Source: an uncultured Nitrospiraceae bacterium (lineage in GTDB: Bacteria > Nitrospirota > Thermodesulfovibrionia > Thermodesulfovibrionales > Dissulfurispiraceae). Taken from it: a stretch of 64,000 nucleotides of DNA. Where the stretch lies: positions 15,788 through 79,787 of the forward strand of contig CAVPIW010000019.1 in NCBI GenBank assembly GCA_963705105.1, in the 5' to 3' direction. The stretch's first letter is position 1. Every line of letters begins with the position of its first letter. The position numbers were made by a program, and so were the translations under genes. A model generated the notes under the pieces. The model had not been told where the DNA came from, searched no databases, and saw nothing but the letters and a program-made list of their open reading frames with translations. This document shows positions 1 through 10,014 of this stretch, piece after piece.

Positions 1-1004
1 TACCGTGTCATAGTGTCCTCGGCCTCCTTGACGGTGCTGTTCCAGGCGATGACGACGACAGGCGCCGTCATAACGTCGCGGGCGACCTTCATGGGCCGCA
101 CATGCTTCTCCACGGAATCCAGGAGACGCTCCTCGACGATCTCGAAGGGGATGTCCTTGATCGTCGCCGAGGCGGCGCTCGGATGACCCCCTCCGCCGAA
201 GACGGACAACACCCGGCCGACGTCGAGTTCCGGCACCTTGCTCCGGGCGACGATGAGTATCTTGTCTGCCATGCCGATGAGGAGCACCACGGCGTCGGTG
301 TCCTCCATGTCCATGATCTTGTGGGCGAGATGGGCCACATCGCCGAACCCCTCCATGTTCCCCTTCGCGATCTTTATCCTCACTCCCTGGACGACGATTT
401 CGCGGATCGACCGGAGGAGCTCGTTCAGGAGGTCGAATTCCTCCTTGCTCAGCTCGACCTTGAGGAAATTGGAGACGATGTTCAGGTTTGCGCCACGGCG
501 GAGCAGGTATGCCACGGCCATGAGATCCTTCGGCGTCGTGGACGCATAGAGGAGAGAGCCCGTCTCCTCATAGATGCCGAGGCAGAGGATCGTCGCCTCC
601 ATGGGTGTCGGCATGATGCCCTTCTTCTGCAGGATCCCGGCGAAGATCGTCGATGCGGCGCCCACGTTCTCGAAGATCTCCACCTCTCCCCGTATGTCAT
701 CCTTGCTGCCCGGGTGATGGTCGTACACGTGGACCTTGATGCCACGCCGGGCCAGCACTTCCTTGAAAGGACCGATGCGGTCCGGGTGCTTCGTATCGAC
801 GACGACGAGGCGATTTATCTTGTCGAGAGCGAGGTCCCTGAACCTCCTGATCTCAACGGGCTGAAAGACGTCGACGAAGTCGCGGACCCTTTTTTCCATG
901 GACCCGGGAAACACGATGACCGCTTCAGGATAGAGTTTCCGCGCGGCGATGACCGAGGCGAGGGCGTCGAAATCGGCGTTGATGTGCGTCGTTATGACAT
1001 CCAT
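1..1004 (-). CDS. DHH/CBS-domain tRNA nucleotidyltransferase (A-adding/poly(A) polymerase family), 5' part; runs off the window edge
   Basis: Not in the ORF track; read manually from ATG at 1004: MDVITTHINADFDALASVIAARKLYPEAVIVFPGS (DHH-family N-terminus). It reaches a CBS start (KVARDVMTAPVVVI) at the window edge. Confidence 0.8.
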   Translation of the reverse strand, partial: MDVITTHINADFDALASVIAARKLYPEAVIVFPGSMEKRVRDFVDVFQPVEIRRFRDLALDKINRLVVVDTKHPDRIGPFKEVLARRGIKVHVYDHHPGSKDDIRGEVEIFENVGAASTIFAGILQKKGIMPTPMEATILCLGIYEETGSLLYASTTPKDLMAVAYLLRRGANLNIVSNFLKVELSKEEFDLLNELLRSIREIVVQGVRIKIAKGNMEGFGDVAHLAHKIMDMEDTDAVVLLIGMADKILIVARSKVPELDVGRVLSVFGGGGHPSAASATIKDIPFEIVEERLLDSVEKHVRPMKVARDVMTAPVVVIAWNSTVKEAEDTMTR

Positions 1005-1063
1005 GTGTATAGAATACCATGGATCAGTACGTTTACTTATTGGACATAGCGTCTAAAATCATC

Positions 1064-1150
1064 TGTCATTCCCGCAACCCCGCACTTGATGCGGGGGCGT
1101 CGGGAATCCTTCTGACTACAAAGATAGATTCCGGACAAGCCGAAATGACA
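1064..1150 (+). repeat. Palindromic REP-like repeat, family A, copy 1
   Basis: GTCATTCCCGC...GGGAATCC...GATTCCGGACAAGCCGAAATGAC; near-identical to 40499-40583 and to the reverse complement of 44252-44323. Confidence 0.85.
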
Positions 1151-1384
1151 AACTGAACGGACTTATGTAGTTGTGTATAGTTGCGTCAAAAGGCGGGGCC
1201 TGTGCGACGAGGGGCTTTACCCATTACCTTTGCTTCAGGAGACCGGCAAGATTGACACATGGACACGATGACGATATACTTTAGGGCTTGAAGCCTTCGA
1301 TGCAGTCGATTCCTCCCGACTCCCTGAGCCCATACGTGAGAACTCAGGAACTGCGATCTGCCTGCGAGATCATGGAACGATTCT

Positions 1385-3403
1385 GTGAACCAAAACCGTA
1401 CGGGAAGCCTTGAAAATAGGGCTCTGACCTCAACTTCCCGCTTCGCCGACTGGCCGCCTCTGATTAAGGTCGCCATCTGGGGGGCAGGCACATACGGCTG
1501 CGGCCTGGCGATCCAGGCGCTCCTCACCGCGGCCGGAGCGGACTTCTCCGTGTTTTCCCGCCGCGGCGCATGGCTAATCTTGACGCTGGCCATGCTGACC
1601 GTTGGCATTCTTGCGCGGATGGACCGCAGGCCGCTGAGCGACTATGGCCTCGCCGTGGGGCCGCAGTGGGCGCGGCAGTTCCGGCTCGGCTTCCTGGCCG
1701 GGACGGGTGCGTACGCCCTGTACTTCGGCCTGCTGTGGTACAGCGGCGCAGCCGCTCCGGACCCTCGCGGCCGCCCGCCTTTCGGCTGGCTGTCGGTGCT
1801 GTGGATCTTTCCCGTGTCCGTGGTACTGGCGACTACGCAGGTGGTATTGTTCTCCGGTTACGTGGTGGGCCTGTTCCGCCGGGCCTGGGGCAAGGGTCTG
1901 CCGGCTACGCTCGCCGCCGTCTTTCTGCCGGCCTTGCTCTTCGGCCTGCTCAGCCGCGTGCACGCGCCCTGGGAGATGCTCTGGACGCAAAACCAGCCGC
2001 AACTGGCAGGCCTGGTTTTTGCCATTGCACTGCTCAATGTCCTGAGGTTGACCAGCGGAAGCGTCGTTCTCCCCGCCGCTGTGCTGGCCGGCTTCATCTT
2101 TGTCGTTCGCAGCAACAAAACCCTGCGCCTGGTCAGAACACCGGGCGACGCAGACCTGATGGCACTGCTGGCGCCGGGACTGGAGCCGTTGCGCTCCCCG
2201 GTCCTCTGGGCGATCCTGGCAGCGGCCGTGGTCGCGGGTTTGCTGGTCCTCTGGCGACGGGGCGAGCCGGAACCCGACGGGCGTCAGGACATCCCTGAAA
2301 GCTTCCGCCGCATCTATCCCCTTGCCATGTTCAACCTGGGGGCCCCCCTTGATGTATGGCTCGCACGGCTGTTCAAGGCGCGCTTCCGCATCCCTCCGGT
2401 CTATCTGCCCCGCCTGGCGGTGGCACTGTCCGTATCCTGCCTGAACACGTTGGTGTGTTTGCCGGAACGCTTTCTCCTGCCGCTGATACTGCGACGGTGC
2501 AAGGTCCCCGATCCCGTCTTCATCGTCGGGGCCCACCGCAGCGGGACGACCCACCTGCACAACCTGCTGGCCCTGGATCCCGGCTTGATTCCGGCCCGCA
2601 CCTTTCAGGTCCTCAACCCCAACGGGTACATGGTATGCGGCTGGCCACTGGCTGTGATCCTGGCGGCATTCATGCCCTGGAAACGCCCCCAGGACCACAT
2701 GGACCTGGGTATCCTAAGTCCCCAGGAAGACGAGTTCGCCATGCTCAACTCCACCGGACTGTCCCCCTACTGGGCCATGTCTTTTCCTCAACATTACGGG
2801 CCGTACCTTGAGACCGCCTATCCCGACCGCCTCTCGCCCCGGGACCTGGAGATCTGGCAGAGGCATTACCTGCGCTTTCTCCGGAAGCTGACGCTCTTCA
2901 CCAGCCGGCGGCCTGTGCTCAAAAACCCCTGCAATACGACACGTATCGCCCTCCTGAGGCGGATGTTCCCCGGCGCGCGGTTCATCCACATCTACCGGAA
3001 TCCCTGCGCGGTCTATCGCTCCAACCTGCACATGAAGCATCACCTCTATCCCCTGGTTCAGCTGCAGGAGCATCCTGACGACCGGGCCTATGGCCGGCAG
3101 TTTCTTGAGGGCTACCGTGATGCCATGGAACGGCTGTACCGGGACTCCGCCGATTGTCCGCCGGGACGGTTCGCGGAGGTGCGTTACGAGGACCTGAAGA
3201 CGGACCCGATGGGAGAGATTCGCCGTATCTACCGGGAGCTGGAACTGCCCTGGAACGGGCACTTCGAGGAGCGTCTGCGCCGTTACCTGGCAGAAATCGC
3301 CGGCTATCGCGGGAACCCTTCCCTACCGCTGCCGGAGGACGTGCAACAGTCTGTAGAGGAGACGATGAAGCCCTTTCTTGTCCGGTGGGGATATTTGGCC
3401 TGA
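1385..3403 (+). CDS. Membrane protein: CAAX-protease-like (CPBP/Abi) N-terminal domain fused to a sulfotransferase domain
   Basis: About 8 hydrophobic segments in the N-terminal half. PAPS-binding motifs PVFIVGAHRSGTTHLHNLL and FIHIYRNP, plus VRYEDL, in the C-terminal half. Confidence 0.75.
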   Translation: MNQNRTGSLENRALTSTSRFADWPPLIKVAIWGAGTYGCGLAIQALLTAAGADFSVFSRRGAWLILTLAMLTVGILARMDRRPLSDYGLAVGPQWARQFRLGFLAGTGAYALYFGLLWYSGAAAPDPRGRPPFGWLSVLWIFPVSVVLATTQVVLFSGYVVGLFRRAWGKGLPATLAAVFLPALLFGLLSRVHAPWEMLWTQNQPQLAGLVFAIALLNVLRLTSGSVVLPAAVLAGFIFVVRSNKTLRLVRTPGDADLMALLAPGLEPLRSPVLWAILAAAVVAGLLVLWRRGEPEPDGRQDIPESFRRIYPLAMFNLGAPLDVWLARLFKARFRIPPVYLPRLAVALSVSCLNTLVCLPERFLLPLILRRCKVPDPVFIVGAHRSGTTHLHNLLALDPGLIPARTFQVLNPNGYMVCGWPLAVILAAFMPWKRPQDHMDLGILSPQEDEFAMLNSTGLSPYWAMSFPQHYGPYLETAYPDRLSPRDLEIWQRHYLRFLRKLTLFTSRRPVLKNPCNTTRIALLRRMFPGARFIHIYRNPCAVYRSNLHMKHHLYPLVQLQEHPDDRAYGRQFLEGYRDAMERLYRDSADCPPGRFAEVRYEDLKTDPMGEIRRIYRELELPWNGHFEERLRRYLAEIAGYRGNPSLPLPEDVQQSVEETMKPFLVRWGYLA

Positions 3404-3528
3404 GACGGTCATGGACGATGCAGATGACTTTTCGAAGAGGACGTTGCCGGGGTTCAGGGGCAAGCCCCTTATCACCCCTTGTGACCTTACTGTTACCTTC
3501 CTATAGAGAAGAGGACCAAAGGCAGGAA

Positions 3529-5728
3529 CTAAGGGGCGACGAGGAAATCGACATAATCGAGATAAAGATGATCGAAGTCGATGCGGCCGTTTCTCACCGT
3601 GTCGACAGCGAAGTAGACGGAGTAGGCCCCATGGGGTAACCCGCTCGCGCGAAGCACCTCTATAGCCGGAATATCCCCGAGGGGACCCTGGTGGGCAGGC
3701 ATGAGATCCTCAAAAAGGGGCGCGAAATGCCACATGTCCGGATGAACGTAGTAGAACAAACCCGCCGGAGTGTACGCAACGACCCACCAGTCTGCGTCTT
3801 CCCCGTTGTTGCGTGGGTCTTGAGGCCGACCTTCAGGGAGAGTTCGCTTGCGGTACTGAGGGTCAGCGGGCCACCAGCATCGTTGACTTCAATCTCAGGG
3901 GTATAGAGGCGATCTGACCGGAGGATTGTGCCCCTGTTTCCCACAATGAAAAACGCGTTGTCGCTGAAGCCGACGCTTGTAAGATCGAGATCGGTAGGGG
4001 ATGTTTTGACTGTCCATTGCATGCCGTCGATAGACGCCAGTATCCTGCCCCATGGGCCCCTGGCCCTGTCGCCGACGGCCAGAAACATACGGTTGCGAAA
4101 GCCACCTTGCGGAAGGGACCGACGTCGTCCGGGGCCCTCACAGTCCTCCAGCTTATCCCATCTGAGGACGTCATAAAAATGAAATCTGCCGCCATTGATA
4201 TTGCCGAGCGATCCGCTCCGATGACGGCGAACACCCCGTTATCAAAGAAGAGATCCAGCAGTTCAAAGCCGGGAAGTCCCGCTGCCCTCAGGGTCCAGGC
4301 CGCACCATCCACAGATGTGACAATCGTGTTGTCATCACGCAGTGCGACGAAGAGGCCATTTCCAAAACGCACCCCTCTAAATCCGTGAAATGTCCCGGAC
4401 CACCGGGGGGCCCAGCTCATGCCGTCGGGCGATGTGAAACTGACGCCTGCAGACCCGACTGCGACAAAGCTGCCGTTGCCGTAAGCAATCCCCGAGAGAT
4501 CGCCTCCCGGGACGTTCAATGTCCACGTGAGCCCATCGAAGGACGTCGAGAGACCGCTTCCGCCCACTCCCACAAAGATCCCGTTGCCAAAGGCGACATC
4601 GAAAAGAGTGACGTCCCGCACCAATGTCCCTGTCGACACGCTGCGCACTACCAGGATTTCATCTGCGGCGGGAAAAGTGATGAAGAGCATGCCGCCGGCC
4701 GAAAGTACGCGCGATCCGTCACCACTCACGTCTGGTACCGTGTACCGGGTTCTGAGGGTCCAATTTGCCAAGTCCGGCGAGGTAAATATATCCCTGTCCC
4801 GCACGGCCACAAAGACTGCGTCTCCCCTTACGATGCCTGACGGCGACAAATCGCGGGCAGGCAGGGCAAGTCACTCCAGCGTCAGCGCTGGAGTTGCACA
4901 GAAAGGCGTAGAAGGCGAAACTTGATGCTGGAGCCGATGAAAAGCAGTGTCGAAGGTGAGTGCCTCATCGCCGGTGTCGGAAAACCGCTTCTCTCCCACG
5001 GCCCTCCACCTTGCTCCGTCCGTCGAGACGTAGATCTGCTTGTCCTGCGGGTAGCAGGGGATAAAAAGACAGGGAAAGTCAGGTCGGGCGATCACCGAGG
5101 CTACAGAAAGGCGGTTAGCGAAGGCCACTGTCGAAAAGATATCAGCATCACCCACAGCCACGCGTGTCCATGGAAAAGCGTCCTGTGATATCAAGAAGGC
5201 GGATTCGGCTGCAACGACAAAGACGCCATTCCCGAAGGTTGCCGCCGAAAGTCGGTTTGAGGTGCCCGATTCCTGTCTGGTCCATGTCACGCCATCCGGC
5301 GAAGTGACAATCGTGCCCTGATCTCCAACAGCCACAAATAAACCATTGCCGGCAGCAACGCCCCGGAGCAAGCTGTCTGCGACGGAAGGCCTGTTTGTCC
5401 AGGACATGCCGTCAGGCGAGGTGACTATAGTGCCGCCTTCTCCCACGGCGACGAACATGCCGTTACCGAAAATACTGCCGTGAAGTGCCTTGACAGTGCC
5501 CGTGGCCCTGGGCGTCCAGCTCTCTCCGTCGGGTGAAGTAATTATGCCCCCCGTATCGCCGAAGGCCACAAACAGGTCATTGCCGAAGATGACGCTGTTC
5601 AAAGAATTGCCCTGGGGCTGCGGATTTATCCAATGCCACGTGTCGAGCGGATCGGCTGAGGCAATGAAAGCACATGTAACTATTAAAAGAAGACAGAAAA
5701 AACCGACTGATAGGCCACGGGCATCCAT
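3529..5728 (-). pseudogene. Secreted beta-propeller (GNGxFVAVG...TSxDGxxW repeat) protein, disrupted
   Basis: Signal peptide after RBS GGAGG (ATG 5728). The repeats continue across four ORF pieces, with an in-frame TGA at 4871-4873 and frameshifts near 4093 and 3812. Confidence 0.75.
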
Positions 5729-5799
5729 GGAAGCGCCTCCTCTAAAAGACAAAAAGCTGATGAAATGCAAAGTGGCCCTCGCTGCGCGTCATGAATATC

Positions 5800-5958
5800 A
5801 AGGGCCGTATGAAGGGCGGCGGGAAAAACGGCCCCTACAGAATTCCACCGCTTTGTGTCATCGACCATACTGGCACTCGCCTTTGAGTGGTTATCTTCTG
5901 TGAGGGTTATACGGGTGTCGCCGCAGCAAGGTTTTCGGCGTTCAATACGCCCCGCCTC
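5800..5958 (-). repeat. MITE-like repeat, family B, partial copy
   Basis: Reverse complement of the core GGCGGGG..T....CGCCGAAAACCTTGCTGCGGCGACACC; shares CTGTAGGGGCC with the copy at 50131. Confidence 0.7.
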
Positions 5959-6201
5959 ATCACCACAACCTCAACAGCCCGCGCCCTGAGTCAATGCGCA
6001 ACCAAAACGTTCCCGGGATGTCTATTGCAAATTTTGAGATCGGCTGTCAATAGCGGACAGGGACCTTCCATTTGAGGGAGACAGTTGTGAGGCCAGCCCC
6101 TGAAGCGTGACAATTATGTCTTTCCATTGCCCTCACAACTTCTATTTGTCAAGGATCAAGGGCGTACAATCATAATAAGGGGCACCTCTTTCACTTCCGC
6201 T

Positions 6202-6313
6202 CACCGACCTTGACCTTGATGTCACGACAGGGAGAGCGGTTCCACCCGATTGAGGTCATCCTTTCAATGATGATCAAAATCGCGATTATCCTCCTGCTGG
6301 GGGCACCTGCCTG
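6202..6313 (+). pseudogene. Degenerate internal fragment of a sterol desaturase gene
   Basis: Colinear and similar to 9575-9686 (TDLDLDVT.G.RFHPIE..LSM.IKIAI.LLLG.PA), with an indel. Confidence 0.8.
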
Positions 6314-6334
6314 CAGGGGGAGCTTAGAGTCAAC

Positions 6335-6400
6335 GGATTCAAACGTGCACGCCACGTGTTTGCAGATAGAATTTCACAAGGCATGGTAAAATCGCGAATG
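6335..6400 (+). repeat. 66-bp direct repeat, copy 1
   Basis: 65/66 identical to 8910-8975. Confidence 0.9.
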
Positions 6401-6468
6401 GCGAATGCGATACGGTTACACCTATGTTCCGACGCAAGCCAAGGTCAGACATCATTGAGGGTTGCTTT

Positions 6469-6885
6469 TCACTCACGATTGCGTTTTTGTGCACTCCGGG
6501 TGGACCGTTTTGTTGAGTGTTCATTGAACCACCCGGCTGCACGTTCAATTGAAAGGCGTCCTGTTGCAACAGCCAGCGTGAACCGTTCAAGTTCTTTCTG
6601 GGTGCATTCCAGAACGTACCCGTTCATGCCGAGGAATATTCCCGCAGCCGCGATAGCGGTCCTCTTGTTGCCGTCAATGAACGGGTGGTTCTTCGCGAGC
6701 GATTCCATCAGCGCAGCCGCTTTTTGCACCGGATCGGGATAGAGATCCATGCCTTCGAAGGCCGCTCCGGGCCGTGAGACTGCTGACTGAAGAAGTCCTA
6801 TATCGCGAATGCCGTGAGCGCCGCCCGTGGCCTCGATCAGCCTGCTGTGGATGAAAAGAACCTGCTCCGGAGAGAGGTATTTCAC
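6469..6885 (-). CDS. doc: Fic/Doc (death-on-curing) family toxin
   Basis: Fic motif HPFIDGNKRTA; 138 aa; start overlaps the antitoxin stop. Confidence 0.9.
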   Translation of the reverse strand: MKYLSPEQVLFIHSRLIEATGGAHGIRDIGLLQSAVSRPGAAFEGMDLYPDPVQKAAALMESLAKNHPFIDGNKRTAIAAAGIFLGMNGYVLECTQKELERFTLAVATGRLSIERAAGWFNEHSTKRSTRSAQKRNRE

Positions 6886-7130
6886 TTCTTTGCAAGTTCT
6901 TTCAGGGCAGGTTCGTACCGTGCGATAAAGTCATTCACCTGTGAGACGAACTCACGATCAAGATCCGTTAAGGTCGGTTTCTTTCTCACAGGTTCGATAA
7001 CGATCTTTGATTCCGTCTCGTCGACGCTGACATCAACCTCGGAACCGACGGACAGACGGAGCTTTTCGAGGAATTCGGCAGGTATCGATATGCCCCTGCT
7101 GTTGCCGATGGAGACAATCTTTCTGTGCAT
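6882..7130 (-). CDS. AbrB/MazE/SpoVT-family antitoxin
   Basis: RKIVSIGNSRGISIP swapped-hairpin motif; directly upstream of doc; RBS GGAGG. Confidence 0.9.
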   Translation of the reverse strand: MHRKIVSIGNSRGISIPAEFLEKLRLSVGSEVDVSVDETESKIVIEPVRKKPTLTDLDREFVSQVNDFIARYEPALKELAKK

Positions 7131-7143
7131 GGCCTCCTCCCTG

Positions 7144-7169
7144 ACAACGTTATAACGAAATTATAACAC
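7144..7169 (-). promoter_or_regulatory. Probable TA autoregulatory operator/-10 region
   Basis: Palindrome CGTTATAACG next to a second TTATAAC, just upstream of the antitoxin; TATAAT on the minus strand. Confidence 0.5.
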
Positions 7170-7233
7170 AAACCATAGAGGGCCAAGCGTCTTTACCTTC
7201 CGGTTGCACAGAAAGGCGGGACAAAGTGCCTCG

Positions 7234-8340
7234 TCATGTCAGGACTGCTTCAATCGGGCGTCGCAGCGACGGCGGCAGTTTCGGGCCGCGGCCGAATCGC
7301 ACAACCAGATCCGGCCTGCGGCCGCCAATACCGAGAAAGGTCGCGAACTGAGCCCTCAGCGCAGTGACTTCCACCGGTTGATTGAGCATGGCATTGCGTA
7401 TCCCCAGGGCCGTGGACTGGAGCGCGAATCGTTCGTAGCAACGCCCAACTTCGATCCACTGGGCTGGGCTCTCAGTCTCAGACACAAACACCGCTATGCC
7501 GGATGAGCTGCGCACATGTTTCGCATACTTGTCGTTTTCGCTCTTTGTCGTAAAGAACAAGCCAAAGAGGAGACTGCCCAGCCACGAAGGCACGGACGGA
7601 TTACCCGACGATGCCGAATACAGTCCGTCTCCTGTCCGTACCGCGTCGCTGCCGCTGAATCGGATCCATGCTTTCAATTCTTCGACAAAGGCGCGGTCGT
7701 TCATTTGAGCCGTGTTGCCCTGCACGACGTATTCAAGCACTTCTTCCATGGCCGCACGTTCAGTGAGGAGGACAACCCGGACACCATTGCCGGTACCTGC
7801 TCTCTCCAGCATCGCAAGTTCATTCGTGGAGATCGGCTTCCCATCATACTCGCCCCGGGTGCTCTGGCGCTCCGGTATCGCGTTGAACAGCGCGGAGGCA
7901 ACGGCTTTGGTTGGTTCTAACGACAAGCGCAGCGTCCCCCCCGAGGACGAATCGAACATGGCAGTCCCGTTCAGCCCGTTGGCTGATGCGGCCTGTATCA
8001 GGTTCTCGGTCGCACACCCGATCGAGACAAACAGGTGGTGGTCGTCCGGATCGACTGCGGGGCATCTGCGCGAGAAATCGGGCAAGACCGAGATGGAACG
8101 ATCTTCAATGCGAAACTTCCAGCACTGGGTGTTGTGGCTGGACGGTGCCAGTGTCGCATAGCGCACAAGTTCACGCAGGACCGCCGGCTTGTTGCCCTCG
8201 TCTGCCTTGTCGTGACGCCAAGTGCGGCGCACAGCATGCTCGTAGCTGTCGGTAATGGTCCCCAATGAGCATGCCGATACGGTCGCCAGCCCACCCGTGG
8301 CCGCTATGGAGGAAAGAAGAAACTGTCTTCGAGTTACCAT
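7234..8340 (-). CDS. Acg-family FMN-binding nitroreductase-like protein with Tat signal
   Basis: TRRQFL twin-arginine signal; ATLAPSSHNTQCW motif; C-terminal RFG...PSLRRP. Confidence 0.85.
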   Translation of the reverse strand: MVTRRQFLLSSIAATGGLATVSACSLGTITDSYEHAVRRTWRHDKADEGNKPAVLRELVRYATLAPSSHNTQCWKFRIEDRSISVLPDFSRRCPAVDPDDHHLFVSIGCATENLIQAASANGLNGTAMFDSSSGGTLRLSLEPTKAVASALFNAIPERQSTRGEYDGKPISTNELAMLERAGTGNGVRVVLLTERAAMEEVLEYVVQGNTAQMNDRAFVEELKAWIRFSGSDAVRTGDGLYSASSGNPSVPSWLGSLLFGLFFTTKSENDKYAKHVRSSSGIAVFVSETESPAQWIEVGRCYERFALQSTALGIRNAMLNQPVEVTALRAQFATFLGIGGRRPDLVVRFGRGPKLPPSLRRPIEAVLT

Positions 8341-8497
8341 GGTTGGCTATCCCCGTATTGACGGGCAACATTATTCTTTCGCTGCCGACTGTATTTGATC
8401 ACATCATAGCGGAAAAAAGAGGGCGAGTCAATCAGAAGGACTGGTTTTGCAACGTTTAGGGGATAAAGCAGCCGTCTTACATTACCGAGAAGGTATA

Positions 8498-8690
8498 CCT
8501 TATCGTTGCATACGCTTTTTGGAAAGGCGGGGTGTATGCGCCGAAAACCTTGCTGAGGCGACACCTTAACCGTAACAAAAAGTATCTTTCAAGCCAATGG
8601 TCGAAATATGATCCTCTTTACTCACACTCACACTGTCACTGTCACTGTTTTTTAGCGCTTCGGGCCCCGCCTTTCCATGTAACTGCAAGG
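8498..8690 (+). repeat. MITE-like repeat, family B
   Basis: CCTTATCGTTGCA...GGAAAGGCGGGGTGTATGCGCCGAAAACCTTG...CCCCGCCTTTCC...TGCAAGG; imperfect terminal inverted repeats; internal ACACTC/CACTGT hexamer run. Confidence 0.85.
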
Positions 8691-8909
8691 TATATTATCC
8701 AGTCACCGCACAAAAACCAGGATTTGTTATTTTTGTCCCTGAAGCGACTGCCCACCTGTCTTCACTGGGTGAGCCGTTTCCACGAATTCTGTAACCGCAG
8801 AAATCCTGACGACAACGTCCGGAAGAGCATCGCAGCATGTGTCCAAGATTTGGCAGCGAACCATGAAGACTTGCAGCGATAGAGAGGGCAGGTGGGGTTC
8901 GGAGCCAGG

Positions 8910-8975
8910 GGATTCAAACGTGCACGCCACGTGTTTGCAGATAGAATTTCACAAGGCATGGGAAAATCGCGAATG
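8910..8975 (+). repeat. 66-bp direct repeat, copy 2
   Basis: 65/66 identical to 6335-6400. Confidence 0.9.
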
Positions 8976-8977
8976 AA

Positions 8978-9175
8978 CCTTATCGGTGCAAGAGGAAATC
9001 TCGGAAACGGCGCGAAGATGACATAAAGGGTGTGCTACGACACCTTTGCCTTCCCGATGCGGTTCATTTCAGGATGACGGTTGAAAAAAAGATGAACCTT
9101 TTGTTGACACTCACACTGACACTGACACTGTTTTTTCAGAGCACTTTGTCGCGCTCTTTGCATGCAATTGGAAGG
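8978..9175 (+). repeat. MITE-like repeat, family B, diverged copy
   Basis: CCTTATCGGTGCA...CGACACCTT...ACACTCACACTGACACTGACACTGTTTT...TGCAATTGGAAGG. Confidence 0.7.
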
Positions 9176-9204
9176 TGATAAGTCATGATGGGGAAGATGA
9201 TCCG

Positions 9205-10014
9205 ATGAACATGCTTTCAACCGATTACGAAATCTTCATCAGGCTGGGCTGCTTTTTCGGCATTTTTGTGATCATGGCGCTCTGGGAAGCGATTGCCCCG
9301 CGCCGGCGTCGCACGATCCCCAGGAGTGCCCGGTGGCTCGCTAATATCGGCATAACGGGCCTCAACTCCCTGCTGGTGCGGTTTGTCCCGCTTCTTTCGG
9401 CGACCGCCGCCTCTGTCACCGCGGCCGACCGGGGCTGGGGCATCTTCCGGATCATGGGGTTTTCGGATCTCTCTGCGGGCATACTCTCCGTCTTCATCCT
9501 CGACCTCACCATCTACACACAGCACAGGGTATTCCACACGGTGAAGCCCTTCTGGCGACTTCACAAGATGCACCACACCGACCTTGACCTGGATGTGACG
9601 TCAGGGGCGCGGTTTCACCCGATTGAGATCGTCCTGTCAATGGTGATCAAGATCGCGATTGTCCTCCTGCTGGGGGTACCTGCCTGGTCAGTCATCCTGT
9701 TCGAGGTGCTCCTGAACGCGACGTCCATGTTCAACCACAGCAACGTGTATATCCACCCGGCCATAGACAGGATCCTGAGGCTATTCGTCGTCACGCCCGA
9801 CATGCACCGCGTCCACCATTCGGTCCTGATCCGCGAGACAAACAGCAACTACAGCTTCAACCTGCCCTGGTGGGACCGCATCTTCGGGAGCTATCGCGCC
9901 CAGCCGGAAGCGGGGCATGACGCTATGAATATCGGCCTTGCGAACTACCGGAAAGCGGAAATGCTGACTCTTCCGCGATTGCTCCTGGTGCCCTTCGACG
10001 GAAAGGAGAGGTAA
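9205..10014 (+). CDS. Sterol desaturase / fatty acid hydroxylase family protein
   Basis: His boxes QHRVFH, LHKMHH, FNHSN and MHRVHH; multiple TM segments. Confidence 0.9.
   Translation: MNMLSTDYEIFIRLGCFFGIFVIMALWEAIAPRRRRTIPRSARWLANIGITGLNSLLVRFVPLLSATAASVTAADRGWGIFRIMGFSDLSAGILSVFILDLTIYTQHRVFHTVKPFWRLHKMHHTDLDLDVTSGARFHPIEIVLSMVIKIAIVLLLGVPAWSVILFEVLLNATSMFNHSNVYIHPAIDRILRLFVVTPDMHRVHHSVLIRETNSNYSFNLPWWDRIFGSYRAQPEAGHDAMNIGLANYRKAEMLTLPRLLLVPFDGKER

Noticed and set aside
102..1049. 315-aa plus-strand ORF
   Set aside because: Antisense shadow of the minus-strand DHH/CBS gene; no recognisable motifs.
1186..1260. Possible c-di-GMP riboswitch (GCAAA...GGGTAAAGCCC on the minus strand)
   Set aside because: The GEMM consensus elements could not be matched.
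4871..4873. In-frame TGA as selenocysteine or readthrough
   Set aside because: The context suggests Trp rather than Cys, and the gene has other frameshifts.
8498..9175. Possible CRISPR array from recurring repeats
   Set aside because: Repeats are dispersed and long, with no regular repeat-spacer period and no cas genes.
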